Below are positions 11,501 to 24,700 of a stretch of DNA of 64,000 bases, piece by piece. A program made the translations under genes and the position numbers. A model generated the notes under the pieces. It saw nothing but the letters and a program-made list of their open reading frames with translations. It had not been told where the DNA came from and made no database searches. How positions within the stretch are numbered: position 1 is the stretch's first letter; each line of letters starts with the position of its first letter. This stretch comes from Mantamonas sphyraenae STR306 (lineage: Eukaryota; Protista; CRuMs), in the NCBI GenBank assembly GCA_026936335.1, contig JAPMXV010000037.1, positions 1 to 64,000 of the forward strand. Direction: 5' to 3'.

Positions 11501-14500
11501 CCAGCGACACCCCCACGATCACCATGAGCACACGCCGCAACGCAATCAAGCTCGCATTCTTGTTTCGCTCGATGCTGCGAGACACCAGGCCCTTTCGAGC
11601 CACTCGCGCACGCAGTGTCTGCACCCTCGTCTGCACATCCACCTCTTCTCTGCTCTCCGGCACAGAGCTGAGAGGAGTGATCCCAGGCACGCTCTCTCCA
11701 TCTTCAACTCCAACAGCAAACTTCACGTGTACCGGTGCATGCTCTCCCGTCTGTTTCCGGTGGTTGCTCCTGTTCCTGCGACTGCCCGACGACGACGAGC
11801 CAACAGACAAGCTCCGGTCCCTCTTCAACACGCTCACACCATCCCCTTCTCCGTTCCCCACCGTGTGCACCTTTGAAAGCGGCGATTTGATCGCTGGGGC
11901 AGTCCCACGCTTCCCCATGGTCTGTTCTCGGCTCCTGCGTCGACGTCTCTGTTGACCCTGCGACGCCGTGTTGCCCTCCACCGCCACCACGAGCACCCTT
12001 TGATGCTCAAGCCATATCATCAGGCACGGAACCTTTCCACATGCAAGTATGGGCAGCGCAAAATTCCCCATTGCAGTCCCGTGCGCCCGAGCTTCCTCGA
12101 CCAACCTGCTTGCCTGCACTCCCCCCTCCACTGCCTGCACCACCACATCAACCGCCCATCCGCGCATCCTCTCCGGTTCCATCTTCTCCTGCATGCACCA
12201 CACCTTGGTCAGGTTGTTCCACGTCCGCAGAACCAACGTTCCGCCGTCGCTTTCTTCAAACCCCAGCAGCAGGTGTCCGCTGTGAAGCGATGGATCCACG
12301 TGCATCCTCAATCGCGACACACCGTCCCCTAGCTCTTGCCCATCGGCCAATGTGAGCATCAGCTCCCCCTGCGCAGACACTGCGGCCCACACTCGCTCCT
12401 TCTCCAGCAACGCCATCCGGTCCAACCTGCCCATTACAAGCACGCTCAACCTCCTGTACACCAGCTCGGTGCAGTTCCAGTCCAGCACGCATTCGCTCTC
12501 CACTGCCACAATCTTCCCAAACCTGTTCACCTGCAGCGAAGCCTTACTCTGACCCAGGCCGGCCTCTCGCCTCCTCCTTGCCTCCACAACAATCTCCAAA
12601 TGGTCTGCCTTGGCCTGTAGCTGCATCGCCACCTGATCATTCCCCATCACCTCCTCCATGAATCGTGCATACGCCCTAAACACGCGCGGTCTGCGTGGGA
12701 ACCGCTCCACCAACGCCAGATACTTCGACCGTGTCTGGCGCTGGCACACCACAATCTCCTTCATCAACGTCTCCAATTCCCCCATGTCCACCTCTGCGTG
12801 CATCTGCATCGACCAAAATCGCTTCAGAAGCGTCAGCGTCCGCACATGCCTGGCCTCAGCCAGATCCAAGCTCGCCTGCAGCTCCATGTGCGACACAACC
12901 CCCTTGACGTTTTTGGTGTCATCCACCACCCGCATATGTTCCAGTGTGATCATCAGCGCTACATCCGGCTGCGGAAAAAGCTCAAACAAACTCGAGAGAT
13001 CCACGTTGCTTTTCCCGTCCAGCAAAGCCATCTGAGCTCGGTGATAGCACAACCATAGGTACGCGCTGTGACGGTACAGCTCCAGCGCACATTTGTACAG
13101 CTCCAGCACCTCCACGTTGCCGCGACCGAGCGATCGCCCCAGAATCTCCACCTCAAACACAGACTGCACCTCCACCGGCACTCCATGAACCACCAGCACA
13201 TTGTCAAACCGGTCTGCAACCACCCAATCTCCATCGTCTACCTCGTCCCCGATCGGCGTCGGAAGCACAAAGTGCTTCTCCATGACATACCCAGCCGCAA
13301 ACCATCCTGCCACCGTACCCAGGGCTGCGAGCATCGTCCATACCAGCCACAGAATCCAATTGACCTCTGCTGACACCACAGCGGCTGCCACCGTTCCACA
13401 CACACCGCCCATGGTCAAGGCCATCGACAGCTGATTTGTCCTCAACGAGTAGAACGGCATCATGTATCGCTGTGCCACCGCGTAGGCACCCAACAACACC
13501 ATGTACATGATGACGTACCACCGAACACTGTCTTCCTCGCCCACCAGGCCACCCAGCCGAGACACTGCAAACACAGCCAGCATCGACCGCACCACAAACC
13601 ACAGAGCCGCCACCCTTCCGTGCGCCTGAGCACCCTCCGAATTCGACTCGGGGTCCGTGCTGCACCCACACAACGTCCACACAAGGCCCATCACAAAAAG
13701 CAAAGCGAAGCAAAACCAGCTGAGGCCCCTCCCGTTCGCAAGCAGCACACACATCATCGGCATGTACAGCGCGTGCACTGCCAAAGGCAGCCACAGCCTG
13801 AGCAACTGCACAGGCCACATCAGGACAAACTGCTGGCGCCACACCGATGCCAGCGTGTACGCGACCAGAATCGCAGTTGCCAGAACGCATCCCTGCACCC
13901 AACCCACCAGCTGCTCAGCCATCGGAAGGAACAGCAATGTCCGCATACCGATTCCCCGCACAGAGCCGCCTCCTTCTCCTCCTCCTTGACGCAGCACTCC
14001 TGTGTGAAACGTGTGGAAGATTTTGTGGAGAGTCAGAAAGCTGCGCAAAAATTGGAAGAAAAAACCTCTCACTTTCCTCGCCGTCCATCGTGATCCACCT
14101 CGACCCACTCATTCCCCCTTCACCAAACAACTCCCCGTGCGATCCATCTTTACACACGCACACACCCTCCAAACGCCGCGTCTTCCCTTGCCTGTCTCGC
14201 ACACGGATCGCGGGAGTGTGGTTCTGCGCGGTGGACTTTTCCCTCTCCATCTGCGCTTTCGTTTCTTTTCACCACCACGCATCCAACCACACGACACCCA
14301 CCAACCCCATGCATGCAGCAAAATCCACCCATCCCTCAATAAAACCCATGCACACCTCCTGCCAATCGCACACACAGCTCGCCATGCACCCTTCGCCGTT
14401 TAGAAAAGGACACCCATCCCCTCGATTCTTCTCGCCCACTACCCACACCCACACCGCGCACTCCCCACCTCCAAACCCAATCGCACACATGCACACACCT

Positions 14501-14836
14501 CCCCACAAAGTTTTCGCTTTCCTGCACTGGCTCCTTCATCCCATGTCCAATGCACACAGCCATGTGGCCAGAACAACCACCCTTTTCCACCTTCCCCATT
14601 CCTTCTCCCCAAAAACTTCCAGCTCACTTACCTGCAGGCTCCAGTAACGCCATCGTCTGAAAGTGCTCCAGAACCACCACAAACATCACCACCGCTGCCC
14701 TGGGCGTGAACCTGTCCTTCAACAGCAGCCACATGGTACTCGCCAACGCCGCCCGCGATTTCTGCAACCACCACGGCGTGTGCGTCGCCCATTTCTCCAC
14801 CACATCCACATACGTGTCATGAACGTGCTCTTCCAT
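8538..14836 (-). CDS. TmcB/TmcC-like (tiny macrocysts) multi-pass membrane protein with degenerate PAS and a C-terminal TauE/SafE-like TM domain
   Basis: Exon 1 at 14836-14632 (MEEHVHD...LEHFQTMALLEPA), intron 14631-14000 (GTAAGT...CACAG), then ORF to 8538. N-terminal TM bundle (AQAHGRV, MPFY), a TPR-like region (LVERFPRRPRVFRAYARFMEEV), a PAS-like segment (LQVNRFGKIV..), paired TM segments, LMMLP, then about 10 further TMs. Confidence 0.75.
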
Positions 14837-14879
14837 CGACTTTACGCACGCTTCCAATCCGAAAAGCTTGATTGATTGG

Positions 14880-16849
14880 TCACACCATCGCGTACCGACC
14901 CGGCCCGTCTCCACACCCTCGCGCCACTCCGTTCTCGTCCAAATCCAGTGCCAGCACGCGATCAGCATGCCGGTCCCGAGCACTCGTCCCCAGCATCCCG
15001 GCCACTGCCGCTCCACCCGCGTTGATCCAGCCCGAGTTGGCTACAAAACGCGACGCTGCAATCACGTCCGCTTCCTCACCGCTCCAAACCGCCTGCTCCA
15101 TCATCAATGACGCCGCGTACAGACGCGCCAGATGGAATGCAAACGCACGTGCTCCACTCTCCATCGCCTCTTGGCCCTCCCCCGCCGCCGTTTGTGCGTA
15201 CATCACCGTCTCCTGCAACACACGCCGCGCCGTGTCTGCGCTCACCTGCAGCCCTGCCACTTCCCCCGCCGCTGCAAGCCGTTCCTCTACACGCTGCAAC
15301 AGCAGAGGAAGCGAATGCGACTGCTGCGAACCCAGCACTCGCAGAACGTCCAGCGAAAGGACGTTCGTCGTCCCCTCCCAGATGCTCAGCACCTGAGCAT
15401 CACGCATCAGCGTCGGCACGTACGTGTCCTCCATGTACCCAGCCCCTCCAAAGCTTTCCACCCCCTCGCTTGTCACTGCGATTGCCTGCTTGCCCAGGTA
15501 TAGCTTACCCAGAGGTGTCAAAATGCGCAACAGGTCCTCTGCCTCCCCGGCCTCGCCCCTTGCCACGTCACTCATCCCCTGCAGATGTGCCATGTGCATC
15601 ACCATTTGCAGAGCCCCGCGCGTCTCCACCTCCAGGTTCGCCAGTGTCCGCGTGTGCAGCGCCTGCTCGCTCAGTGGCTTTCCAAACGCCACACGCCGGT
15701 GCGCATAGTCCCGCGCAAGCGCCACCATACGTCGCATCTGCGCCACAGACGCCCCGGCGTTATAGATCCGCGTCACGTTGAACAGCGTCGAGATGTTTGG
15801 CACGCCACGGCCCTTGGGACCTGCCAGCACAGCCACGCTTCCATTCAGCTCCATCTCTGCCGTCGGAAGCTGCTTCGTACCCATTTTCTCCTTCAGACGT
15901 CGCACACGCATGTTGTTCAGGCTTCCGTCCTCCTTCCGCGTCCGCAGGAAAAACGACGACAGCCCACGCGTCCCGCTGCTCCCCTCGTTCCCGTCCTCCT
16001 CGATCCGCGCCAACGTCATGGCCATCTGCGAAGTCGTCGCACTTGTAAAGTATTTCACTCCCGTAAGCGAGTACGTCCCGTCTCCGTTTGGTCGCGCCAC
16101 CGTTTCCGTCCCGCCAACGTCCGAGCCCCCGCTCTTTTCCGTCATCCACTGGCCCGACGTCCAGAACCTCTCCGGGTCTCGCGACGTCAAACGCGCATAC
16201 GCCTCCTCCAAATGCGCCCCTCCGTGCCCGTTCTCCCCCAGCGTCTCGATCATCTTGGCCGCCCCGTCCGTCATCGCCAGTGGGCAGTTGTAGATTGCAG
16301 ACGACGGCCCAAACATATACAGCTTGGCAAACTGCAGCACACGCGACTCCGCCCCATACGTTCGCTCGTACCCCAACGCCACCAGTCCCTCTTCCGCGCT
16401 CACCCCGTCCAGCTTCTTCCACCCGCTTGCCGTCTTGATATCAGACGTCTCCCTGTCCGCCCTGTCAGTCCTCTGCCCGCTCCATCCCGCCTACTCTTCT
16501 CCCTTCTCCGCGCTCACCTTCCCCACGCGTCCACAGACACCAGTTTCGGCAAGTCTTTTGCGTCCATGCAGTCCTTTGCCATGGCCCACACATCCGTCAC
16601 CACACGTTCCCCAAACCTCTCCAGCTCCTTTCCCCACTCTTCTTGCACCCGCTCCCGCCCTGCAATTCGTTCCAGCACTCCCTGCAGCGCCGTGTCCTCC
16701 AGCCACTGATTGCCCAGCTTTGGCGGCTCCTGCACAAACCCCTCGCCCTGGCTTCTGCTCGACATCTGCACACTGCCTATTCCCTTCTGCATCTCCACAC
16801 TCGCAACACATGCCTTTGTCCCCTTTGCTCTACAGCTACGTGCAAACAT
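14880..16849 (-). CDS. Acyl-CoA dehydrogenase, AidB/ACAD11-like
   Basis: Motifs CPLAMTDGAA, SGQWMTEKSGGSDV, KYFTSAT, RLKEKMGTKQLPTAE, FGGAGYMED and SIWEGTTNVL. Intron 16517-16453. Confidence 0.93.
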
Positions 16850-16935
16850 GATCTTGATTTTTCCTTGGCAAAGTTTTCAAGTGGGTGGGTGGGGCCCTTT
16901 TTTTTGGTTTGCCAGCGACCCCGCACGTTCCTCTC

Positions 16936-17665
16936 TCACTCGTTGTCCTTCAGGAACTGCGCATACTCACTCTCGCTCATCAACTCCGCTGCCTCCACTG
17001 CCTCCTTGCTCACCTGCAGCTCAAACAGCCACCCTGCTCCCAGCGGGTCCTGGTCCACCAGCGACGGCTCGGTTTCCAGCGCCTCGTTTCCACGTGTCAC
17101 CGTCCCGCTCACCGGTGCGTAAATGTCACTGCACACGCCCCAAACCCACACCCACACCGCCACCCGCCACACGACACCCCCCGGGTCACCCGCAACCCAA
17201 CCATGCCGACGTATCCCGGCAGCAACGCACCTTGGCGTCAGCATGCGAATCCCTTACCCCACTTGCCTCTCATCCCCCTCCCTATCACTTCCCTCACCCC
17301 CCACACCCGCGCCTCACTCCCAAACCCTCCTCCACCCCTGCCCTCCCTCCCCCCCCCCCCCTCCCTCCCTCAACCTACCTCGTTGCCTTCACGCTCTCCA
17401 CCACCGTCACGCTATCCCCGGCATCCACCGCCGCCCCATCGTCCACGGGCTCCACAAACACCACGTCCCCAATCTCCTTGGCTGCATATTCCGAGATGCC
17501 CACGCGTGCCACATCGTCTCCCTCCATGCTCACCCACTCGTGGCTCTTGGTGTACTTCAGCTCCGTTGCGTAGCACGCCACAGACAGCCCTGCTGCCATC
17601 CCGACCATACCTCCACTGCTCTTCGCCACTGCCGATTGTGTCTGAGTAACAACGCGCGAAAACAT
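16936..17665 (-). CDS. GCSH: Glycine cleavage system H protein, mitochondrial
   Basis: [15 protein letters not shown]...IGDVVFVE, lipoyl-Lys motif [15 protein letters not shown] (formed across intron 17378-17129), DPLGAGWL; transit-peptide-like N-terminus. Confidence 0.95.
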
Positions 17666-17744
17666 GCCCTCTGGATTGGATTTGCCTGCCTTCGCCGCCG
17701 CCACTCCGGCTCCCTCCGCCCCCTCCCCCCCCAAACAAACAGCC

Positions 17745-20700
17745 ATGTTTCGCAGTCCATCCTCCCACGAGCTGGACGAATATGTCGTAGACATAAACCA
17801 GCCGGACTCGGACACAAACACACGACACCCGTCCAACGTCATCTCCACGGGCAAGTACACCGTCTTCACCTTTGTCTTCAAGAACACCATGGAGCAACTC
17901 CGCCGCCTTTCAAACATCTTCTTCCTCCTCACCGCCATTTTTGCCAGCATCCCAGGTATGCCTCACTCTCTCCCTCGGCCCTTTCCTCCCTGCCCACCCT
18001 TTCCCCCCCAGCCCGTCGCCGCCCAATTTTCCCCAGCCCCTTGCCTTCTCCCCCTTCTCCCTCCTCCCTCCTCCCTCCTCTCTCCTCCCGCCTCCCTCCT
18101 CCCTCCCTTCCCGCCCTTCCTCCCCTTCCCACACCCGCACGCCCCGCGCCCATCTGCCCTCTTCCTCTCCTTGCTCCACCAGCCTCCCCAGCCTCCCTCC
18201 GCGCCCGTTGCAAACACTCACCCGCCATCCCAAAACCCCCTCCCCCTCCCAGGCATCTCTCCCGTCACTCCCATCACAAGCATCGCCCCACTCGTCTTTG
18301 TCATGTCTGTCACTGCCGTCAAAGACGCCTACGAGGACTACGTATGTCACCGCCTGTGCCACATCCCCGACCCCGCGCATGCTCCTCCACTTTCCTTCCA
18401 GCCCCCCTCAAGGCCCTCCCTGACCCAAACCCCCCTCCCCACCCCCCTTCCTCCAGCTTCGCCACAAGGCAGACAACATCACAAATTCCCGCACCTACGA
18501 TGTCATCCGCAACGACCCTGTCACAGGTGCCCCGACCACCCAACAGATCCAAAGCCGCAACCTCCGCGCTGGCGACATCCTCTGCGTACGTAAAGGTCAA
18601 CAGTTCCCCGCAGATCTCCTTCTCATCTCCTCTTCCAACGACTCCTCAGAATGCTACATCGAAACCGCAAACCTCGACGGAGAGACAAACCTCAAGATCC
18701 GCAAGAGCTGTTCCCTCACCGCAAACCTCACCTCCGTGCCCCAGCTCGCTGCCTTTGCTGCAAGCCTCACCGCCTCCCAGCCCACCGAGGACTTTGACCA
18801 CTTCAACGCACGCCTCCACCGCACTTCCGATGGTCAAACCACACACGTCACCACCGACAACCTCCTCCTCGCCGGTTGCCAGCTCAGAAACACCGCACAC
18901 ATCTACGGCGCCATCGTCTACGCAGGCCATCAGACAAAGATTCAGCTCAACCAGCACAGCACCCCGTCCCGCTTCTCCAAACTCGAGGGCATGCTGAACC
19001 GCCTCGTCTCGGGCATCTTTGCCGTTTTCCTTCTCACCCTCTCCGTCTCCTCCCTCGTCAATGGCCTCAACTACGACTTTTTCAAGTCCCACTCCTACCT
19101 CCGCTATTCCTCCGACGACAGTGGCACCGCAGTCGGCCTCAACAGCATCATGACAAACTTCATCCTCTACTCCTACCTCATCCCAATCTCTCTCTTTGTC
19201 ACCATTGAGCTCGTACGCTTTGCACAGGCCCGTTTCATGGAGTGGGACATGCGTTTCTACAACTCCGAACTCGACATTGGCATGCAAGCTCGCAACAGCT
19301 CTGTCAACGAGGAACTCGGCCAAATCGAGCACATCTTTTCCGACAAGACCGGTACCATCACTCAAAACATCATGCGCTTCAAGAAGGTCTCTGTCGCAGG
19401 CACCCTCTTCCACCATGCCATCGACGCCCAGGTGTCGCAAGCCATCGCCAATCACACCATCGACCACGAACAAGCCCACGAGTTCCTCGTCGCCATCTGC
19501 GTCTGCCACACAGCCATCCCAGAGTTGGACGATGCCACAGGCAATCTCGACTACAACGCGCAGAGCCCCGACGAGGCCGCCCTCCTCAAGGGCGCACGTG
19601 AAAACGGCTACACCCTCCTTGAAGTCTCCTCCTCCGCCATTCGCGTTGACATCAATGGCGTCGATCATGTCTACGAACCACTCGCCCTGCTCGAGTTTGA
19701 TGCCGACCGCAAGCGCATGAGCGTCATCGTGCGCTGCCCCGATGGCTCCATCCGCCTTTACGCAAAGGGCGCAGACAGCTCCATCTTCCCCTTGGCCGAC
19801 CCCTCTCTCGACGACGACGACGCCCGCTCCGTCACCCAGATCCACGTCAACAAGATGGCTGAAGATGGCCTCCGCACCCTCGTCGTCGCATCTCGCCTCC
19901 TCCAACAGTCCGAACTCGACCTGTGGCTCACTGCCTTTAAGGAAGCCAACGAGCAGATCGACGCCGCACGCACCCAAGCCCTCCGCACCTGCTACAAGCA
20001 ACTCGAGCGCGACTGGCAAGTCATCGGTGCCACAGGCATCGAGGACAGGCTCCAGGACTACGTTCCCGAAACAATCGACTACCTCCTTCGAGCCGGCGTC
20101 CGCATTTGGCTCCTCACTGGCGACAAGCACGACACAGCAGTCAACATCGGCCGCAGCTCACGCCTCATCACACAGGACATGGAAATCGTCAGCATCAAGG
20201 GAAAGTTTGGCGAGGACAAAATGCTTTCCATCCTCAAGCACGCCATCGACCGCTTCGAAAACCATCGTCCAGACTCCACCGCCCCTAACCTCTCTCGCGC
20301 TGGCGACCCGCCCTCCATCTCCTCCTCCTCATCCTCCTCATCCTCTTCCGCCTCCGCCTCCGCCTCCGCTTCCGCACCCACCTCCTCCGACAACCCTGAG
20401 CCGGCCTCCTCCAAACACCAGGCCATCGAGGCTCTCCCAGACATCAGCGCTGCCGCCCCATCCTCTTCTGCCACACGCACCCCTTGCCTCGTTGTCGATG
20501 GTCGCGCCGTCCGTTTCCTACTTACCCACCACGACGAGCTCTTCCTCCACTTTGCCTCTTTGTGCCACTCGGTCGTCTGCTGCCGCGTCAACCCTGGCCA
20601 AAAGAGCGACATTGTACGCCTCGTCAAACTCAAACACAAGCGCATCACCCTTGCCATTGGTGACGGTGCCAACGACGTCGCCATGATCCAGGAGGCCCAC

Positions 20701-21669
20701 GTCGGAGTCGGCATTCTCGGCAAAGAGGGCACCCAGGCCGCACGCGCCGCGGACTTCTCCGTCTCCTTCTTCCACCACCTCCAACCACTCATGTGCATCC
20801 ACGGACGATACTCCTACGTCCGCCTCTGCTTCCTCATCACCTACTCCTTCTACAAGAACATCGCCTTTATCACTTCCCAGTTCTGGTACTCCTTCTTCAA
20901 CGGTTTCACCGGCCAGATTCTCCACGAGAGTTGGATGATGACCCTCTTCAACACCATCTTTACAGCGTTTCCACCCCTCCTCGCGGGTATGTTTGAAAAG
21001 GACGTCGACGAGACCGTCATCTCGCGGTACCCGGTCGTCTACCGCCCCCTCAAGCACGACATCTACCTCAATGCCCCATCTTTCCTGCGATGGATTGCCT
21101 TTGCCATCTGGCACTCTCTTGTCTTTTATTTTGGCGCCTACTTTCTCTACGAGCCCAACGGCGTCCTCTTTGCCAACGGCCAAGTCATCGGCCATTGGGC
21201 CTTTGGCTTCCTCGCCACCACTGTCGCCGTGCCCACTGTCATCTACAAAATCGCCCTCGAAACACGCTACTTCATCTACATCACACATTACGGCCTCTGG
21301 GGCTCTCTCGGCCTCATCTTTGCTCCTGTCTTTCTTCTCTACGCCCTCATCCTTTGGCACCCGGCCGACTTTTATCAGGTGCCCTACAACCTCTTCAACA
21401 GCCCTTCCTACTGGCTCGGCAGCGTCATCCTCCTCCCAATCATGTGTCTCCTCCCAGACCTGGTCTACAAGTACGTCCAGCGCGCAGTCTCCCCGAGCCC
21501 CATGCAGGTCTACCAAGAGGCCGTCCTCCTTGAACGCTCCGCTTCCTCCTCCGCATCCTCCGCGGACGCCCCTCCCTTCAAAAAGACATCCATCGGGCCC
21601 CATGAGTCCATCCCACTACGCCGCAGCAATGCTCGCTTTCACTCCCAAGAGTCCGACCTGAGCACGTAA
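17745..21669 (+). CDS. P4-ATPase phospholipid flippase
   Basis: NVISTGKYT, LDGETNLK, YLIPISLFVT, DKTGT, SPDEAAL, GATGIEDRLQ, LTGDK, GDGAND and YSFYKN. Introns 17956-18252 and 18342-18456. Confidence 0.96.
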
Positions 21670-21739
21670 CCACACAGCACACAACACAGCACACCATCAA
21701 ATTGACATCAACCTTCCTTCTTCTTTCTCTTCCTTCTTC

Positions 21740-24700
21740 CTACATCCATGGCGCCCACCCAATCCACGTCCGCCCCAGCACATTCAGGTCCGTCGCGTGA
21801 TCCAACAAACAATCCACCTGCTGCGTCACGCTCAACCCACTCTCTCCCAACTGGGCACGCACATTCTGCTCCTTGTCGCCACTCACCACGTCCCTCAGCT
21901 GCTCCGCATACTTCCGCCCGTGGTGTTGTTCAAGCTCCGACCACATGATCGACGCGCTGTTCCATCCCTCCAGCTTTCGCCGCGCCACCTGGATCTTTAG
22001 CTTCGGAAACCACTTTTGCGGGTCCTCCTGCGAGTCGTCGAATCCGCTCTGTGACTTGGACGACATCCGTGCCCAGTCATGCCAGTTCAGTAGCGGTTCC
22101 CTCACAAACACCGCCATAATGTCCATCAGCACCTCTTTCTTTGCCCGCAGTGCACCCAGCGCATGCACCATGTTATGTTTCAGCAGGCCCTGCGTGTCCA
22201 ACGGCGACAGGAAATGCACAAACTGCCTCGTCATCCGGAACGGCATCAACTCGGGATACGGAAGGAAGCTCGTTGCCGTCCCAAATGCGTGTCCAAAGTC
22301 AATTCCCACCACCGTCCCTGCACTTTCGTCAATCAAAAAGTTGTCCAGATGTCGGTCGCCCACACCCAGCACATAGTTCGCCACCGTCGTCGTCGCCAGC
22401 GATCGCGCAAACACAGACCGCAGCCGCAGAAACGCCTCGTGCGACGCACAAAGCTTCACAATGCCTCGTCGCAGCAGGTCTGCAGGCACAATGTCCACAA
22501 TTCCCTGCATGCGCTTCACCACTTTCGCCCGTTCTGTACCCAGAAGCGTCATCAGCTTCTCGTCCAACCTCTTTTGCTCCATAAACACTTTCCGCCACTT
22601 GCTGTACTCCTCGTGCGCCCTCTGGTGCTCTTCCTGTCCCTCTCCTTCCAGAATCCGCTTCAGCGGCGTCGTCCGCTGAACCCACTCCAGAACACCCACC
22701 CGCGTGGTCATCGGCACCACACTGTATGTCTGCACGTCCAGTCCTCGCTTTCGCGTGCTGCTCTCTTGCCCAAACACCGTGTTCATGATCCCAAACAACT
22801 GTTCCAGCCGGTGGTCCAGCCGCAAGTCTTCACCCCCCTTCACCAGAAACGGATACTCGCGCTCGTCGTTGCCTCGGAACTTCAGCCGCTTCGGCTTGCG
22901 CATCGACGCCATCCGCAGCAGCACCGGATCAAACCCAGTCACCATCACGTGATGGCTCGCGTCCGGTATGTCTTGCCCTTCATATTGCCCGGGAATCTCA
23001 ATCTGGTTCGTCAGCTGGCTCGACGCCTGGAACGCCGCAAGCCACGCAGAGTACGCCTCCAAATTGGGCCGCGACGATTTTTGCACCTTTGCCAATTCGT
23101 TTTGCATCTTCTTGGCCAAGTCGTCCCATCCCCGCAGAGCTTCTCTCCGCTGCGATCCCTTCAGCCGTGATCCGCTCTCTCCGCCCACGACCTCCAGGAA
23201 CGCGCTGCGGAACTTGTGTGCCACCAGTCGATTCAAGTTTGTGCGCCGATGCCCGTCCCCGTCCACGTCAAACACGTCGTCCAGCACCTCCTCCACAAAC
23301 GCCCGTGCTTGCTCCTTGCTCACGCGGTCCTGTTGCACCATCTGCTTTGCTTCCGTCCGATAGTCCTTGAAGCGCAGGTTCGGCTCCGTCAACATGTAAA
23401 ACTCCTTCACCATGCGTCCCAACGTCGGGTTGTACAGTCGCTTGCGCAGATCTGCCGTCACTACCTCGAGTCGCTGCGGCATCCCTGTACGTCCGTCGCC
23501 CATCGCTTCCGTGCTGATGTGGAACGGGTGGTACACAGCCTGCGGGTACTTCTCCGCAACCAGTCCCAACATTCCGACCACCGTCGCTGCCACCTCCTCG
23601 TTCAGCAGTGCCACCATTTGCGGAATCCACTTGATAAACATCCACGCAGGCACGCCACGCCACTCGTCTCCAATCACCGCCTCCACCAACTCTGGCCTCG
23701 CTGCAAGCAGCTCCAGCAGCCGCGGAAACTTGTCTCGTGCGCGCAGGTTGCCCGCACGCATACCCTGCATCACATGCGTCACCACAGCACGCACCAGCGC
23801 GTTTTCTGTCCGTTTCTCGCGCTCGCTTAGCTGCACGTCGTCCACGTCCATCCCTCTTGACGACGACGACGATGACGACGACGACGACGAGGCGAGCCCC
23901 AGCGATGGGTCACTCTCAAAAGACAACCGCCCGCGCTCCTCGAGCGCCAGCAACCTCTCGTTGCAAAAGTTCACAAACGACACCGACGTCTCTGCCGCCT
24001 CTTGCATGTCCAGAAGGTCCAACTCGTTCACCGCCGCACAGTACCGCTCGTAGGCCACCTTCCACATCGACTCGTCCGCAGCAGACCGCTCCCACTGTGC
24101 CATCATCCCCGCGGCCTCCAGGTAGCTCTCCGCTGACGCCTCTAAGCTCTCGCTCATTGCCTGCCCCTGCTCGCCCATGACACACAACGCACGTGAGAGC
24201 GCACTGCACGCTTCTGCCTCCAGAATGTGCATCCGCACTTGATTTGCGCGCGACCCTTGCACATACTCTGCATCTGCCTTTTTGCGTGCAAACGTGAGCG
24301 CCTTCAGGTACATCTTGGCCGCAGCTGCAGGTTCCCTCTTGTCACGTGCACTGTCGCAGTTCAACGTCACCAACGCCTGCAGCGTCGCAAAGTCGCTGAT
24401 ACGGTTTTGCTGGGCCAGCATCGACTGCTTCATGTAATTGAACGCCGCCTCGTGGTTGTGCTGTTGGCTTGCCCCTTGTGCATGCAGCAGATGCAACCGC
24501 GACAACGCCTGCGTACGGAACGCCTCCGCCTCCGTTGTCGATGTAGAACGTTCCAACTCCTCACTCATACGCGACACAAGCAAAACTCGTGCTGTGTGCA
24601 CATCGTCCCACACCTGGATGTCGTCTACGTGCACAGAAGGCAGCCGCCACCCCCACTGCTCTGTCACCTCTTCACAGCGAGCACGGTCGCCAAACCAAGC

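Noticed and set aside
14000-14631. Unusually long (632-nt) intron as a host for a nested gene or snoRNA
   Set aside because: No convincing ORF, C/D or H/ACA boxes seen; a covariance-model search would be needed.
17123-18997. Long alternative-frame/antisense ORFs (e.g. 17123..18997, 33976..35868, 40171..41931, 56897..58396, 59897..61882)
   Set aside because: Low-complexity shadows of real genes, expected from high GC and strand skew; no recognisable motifs.
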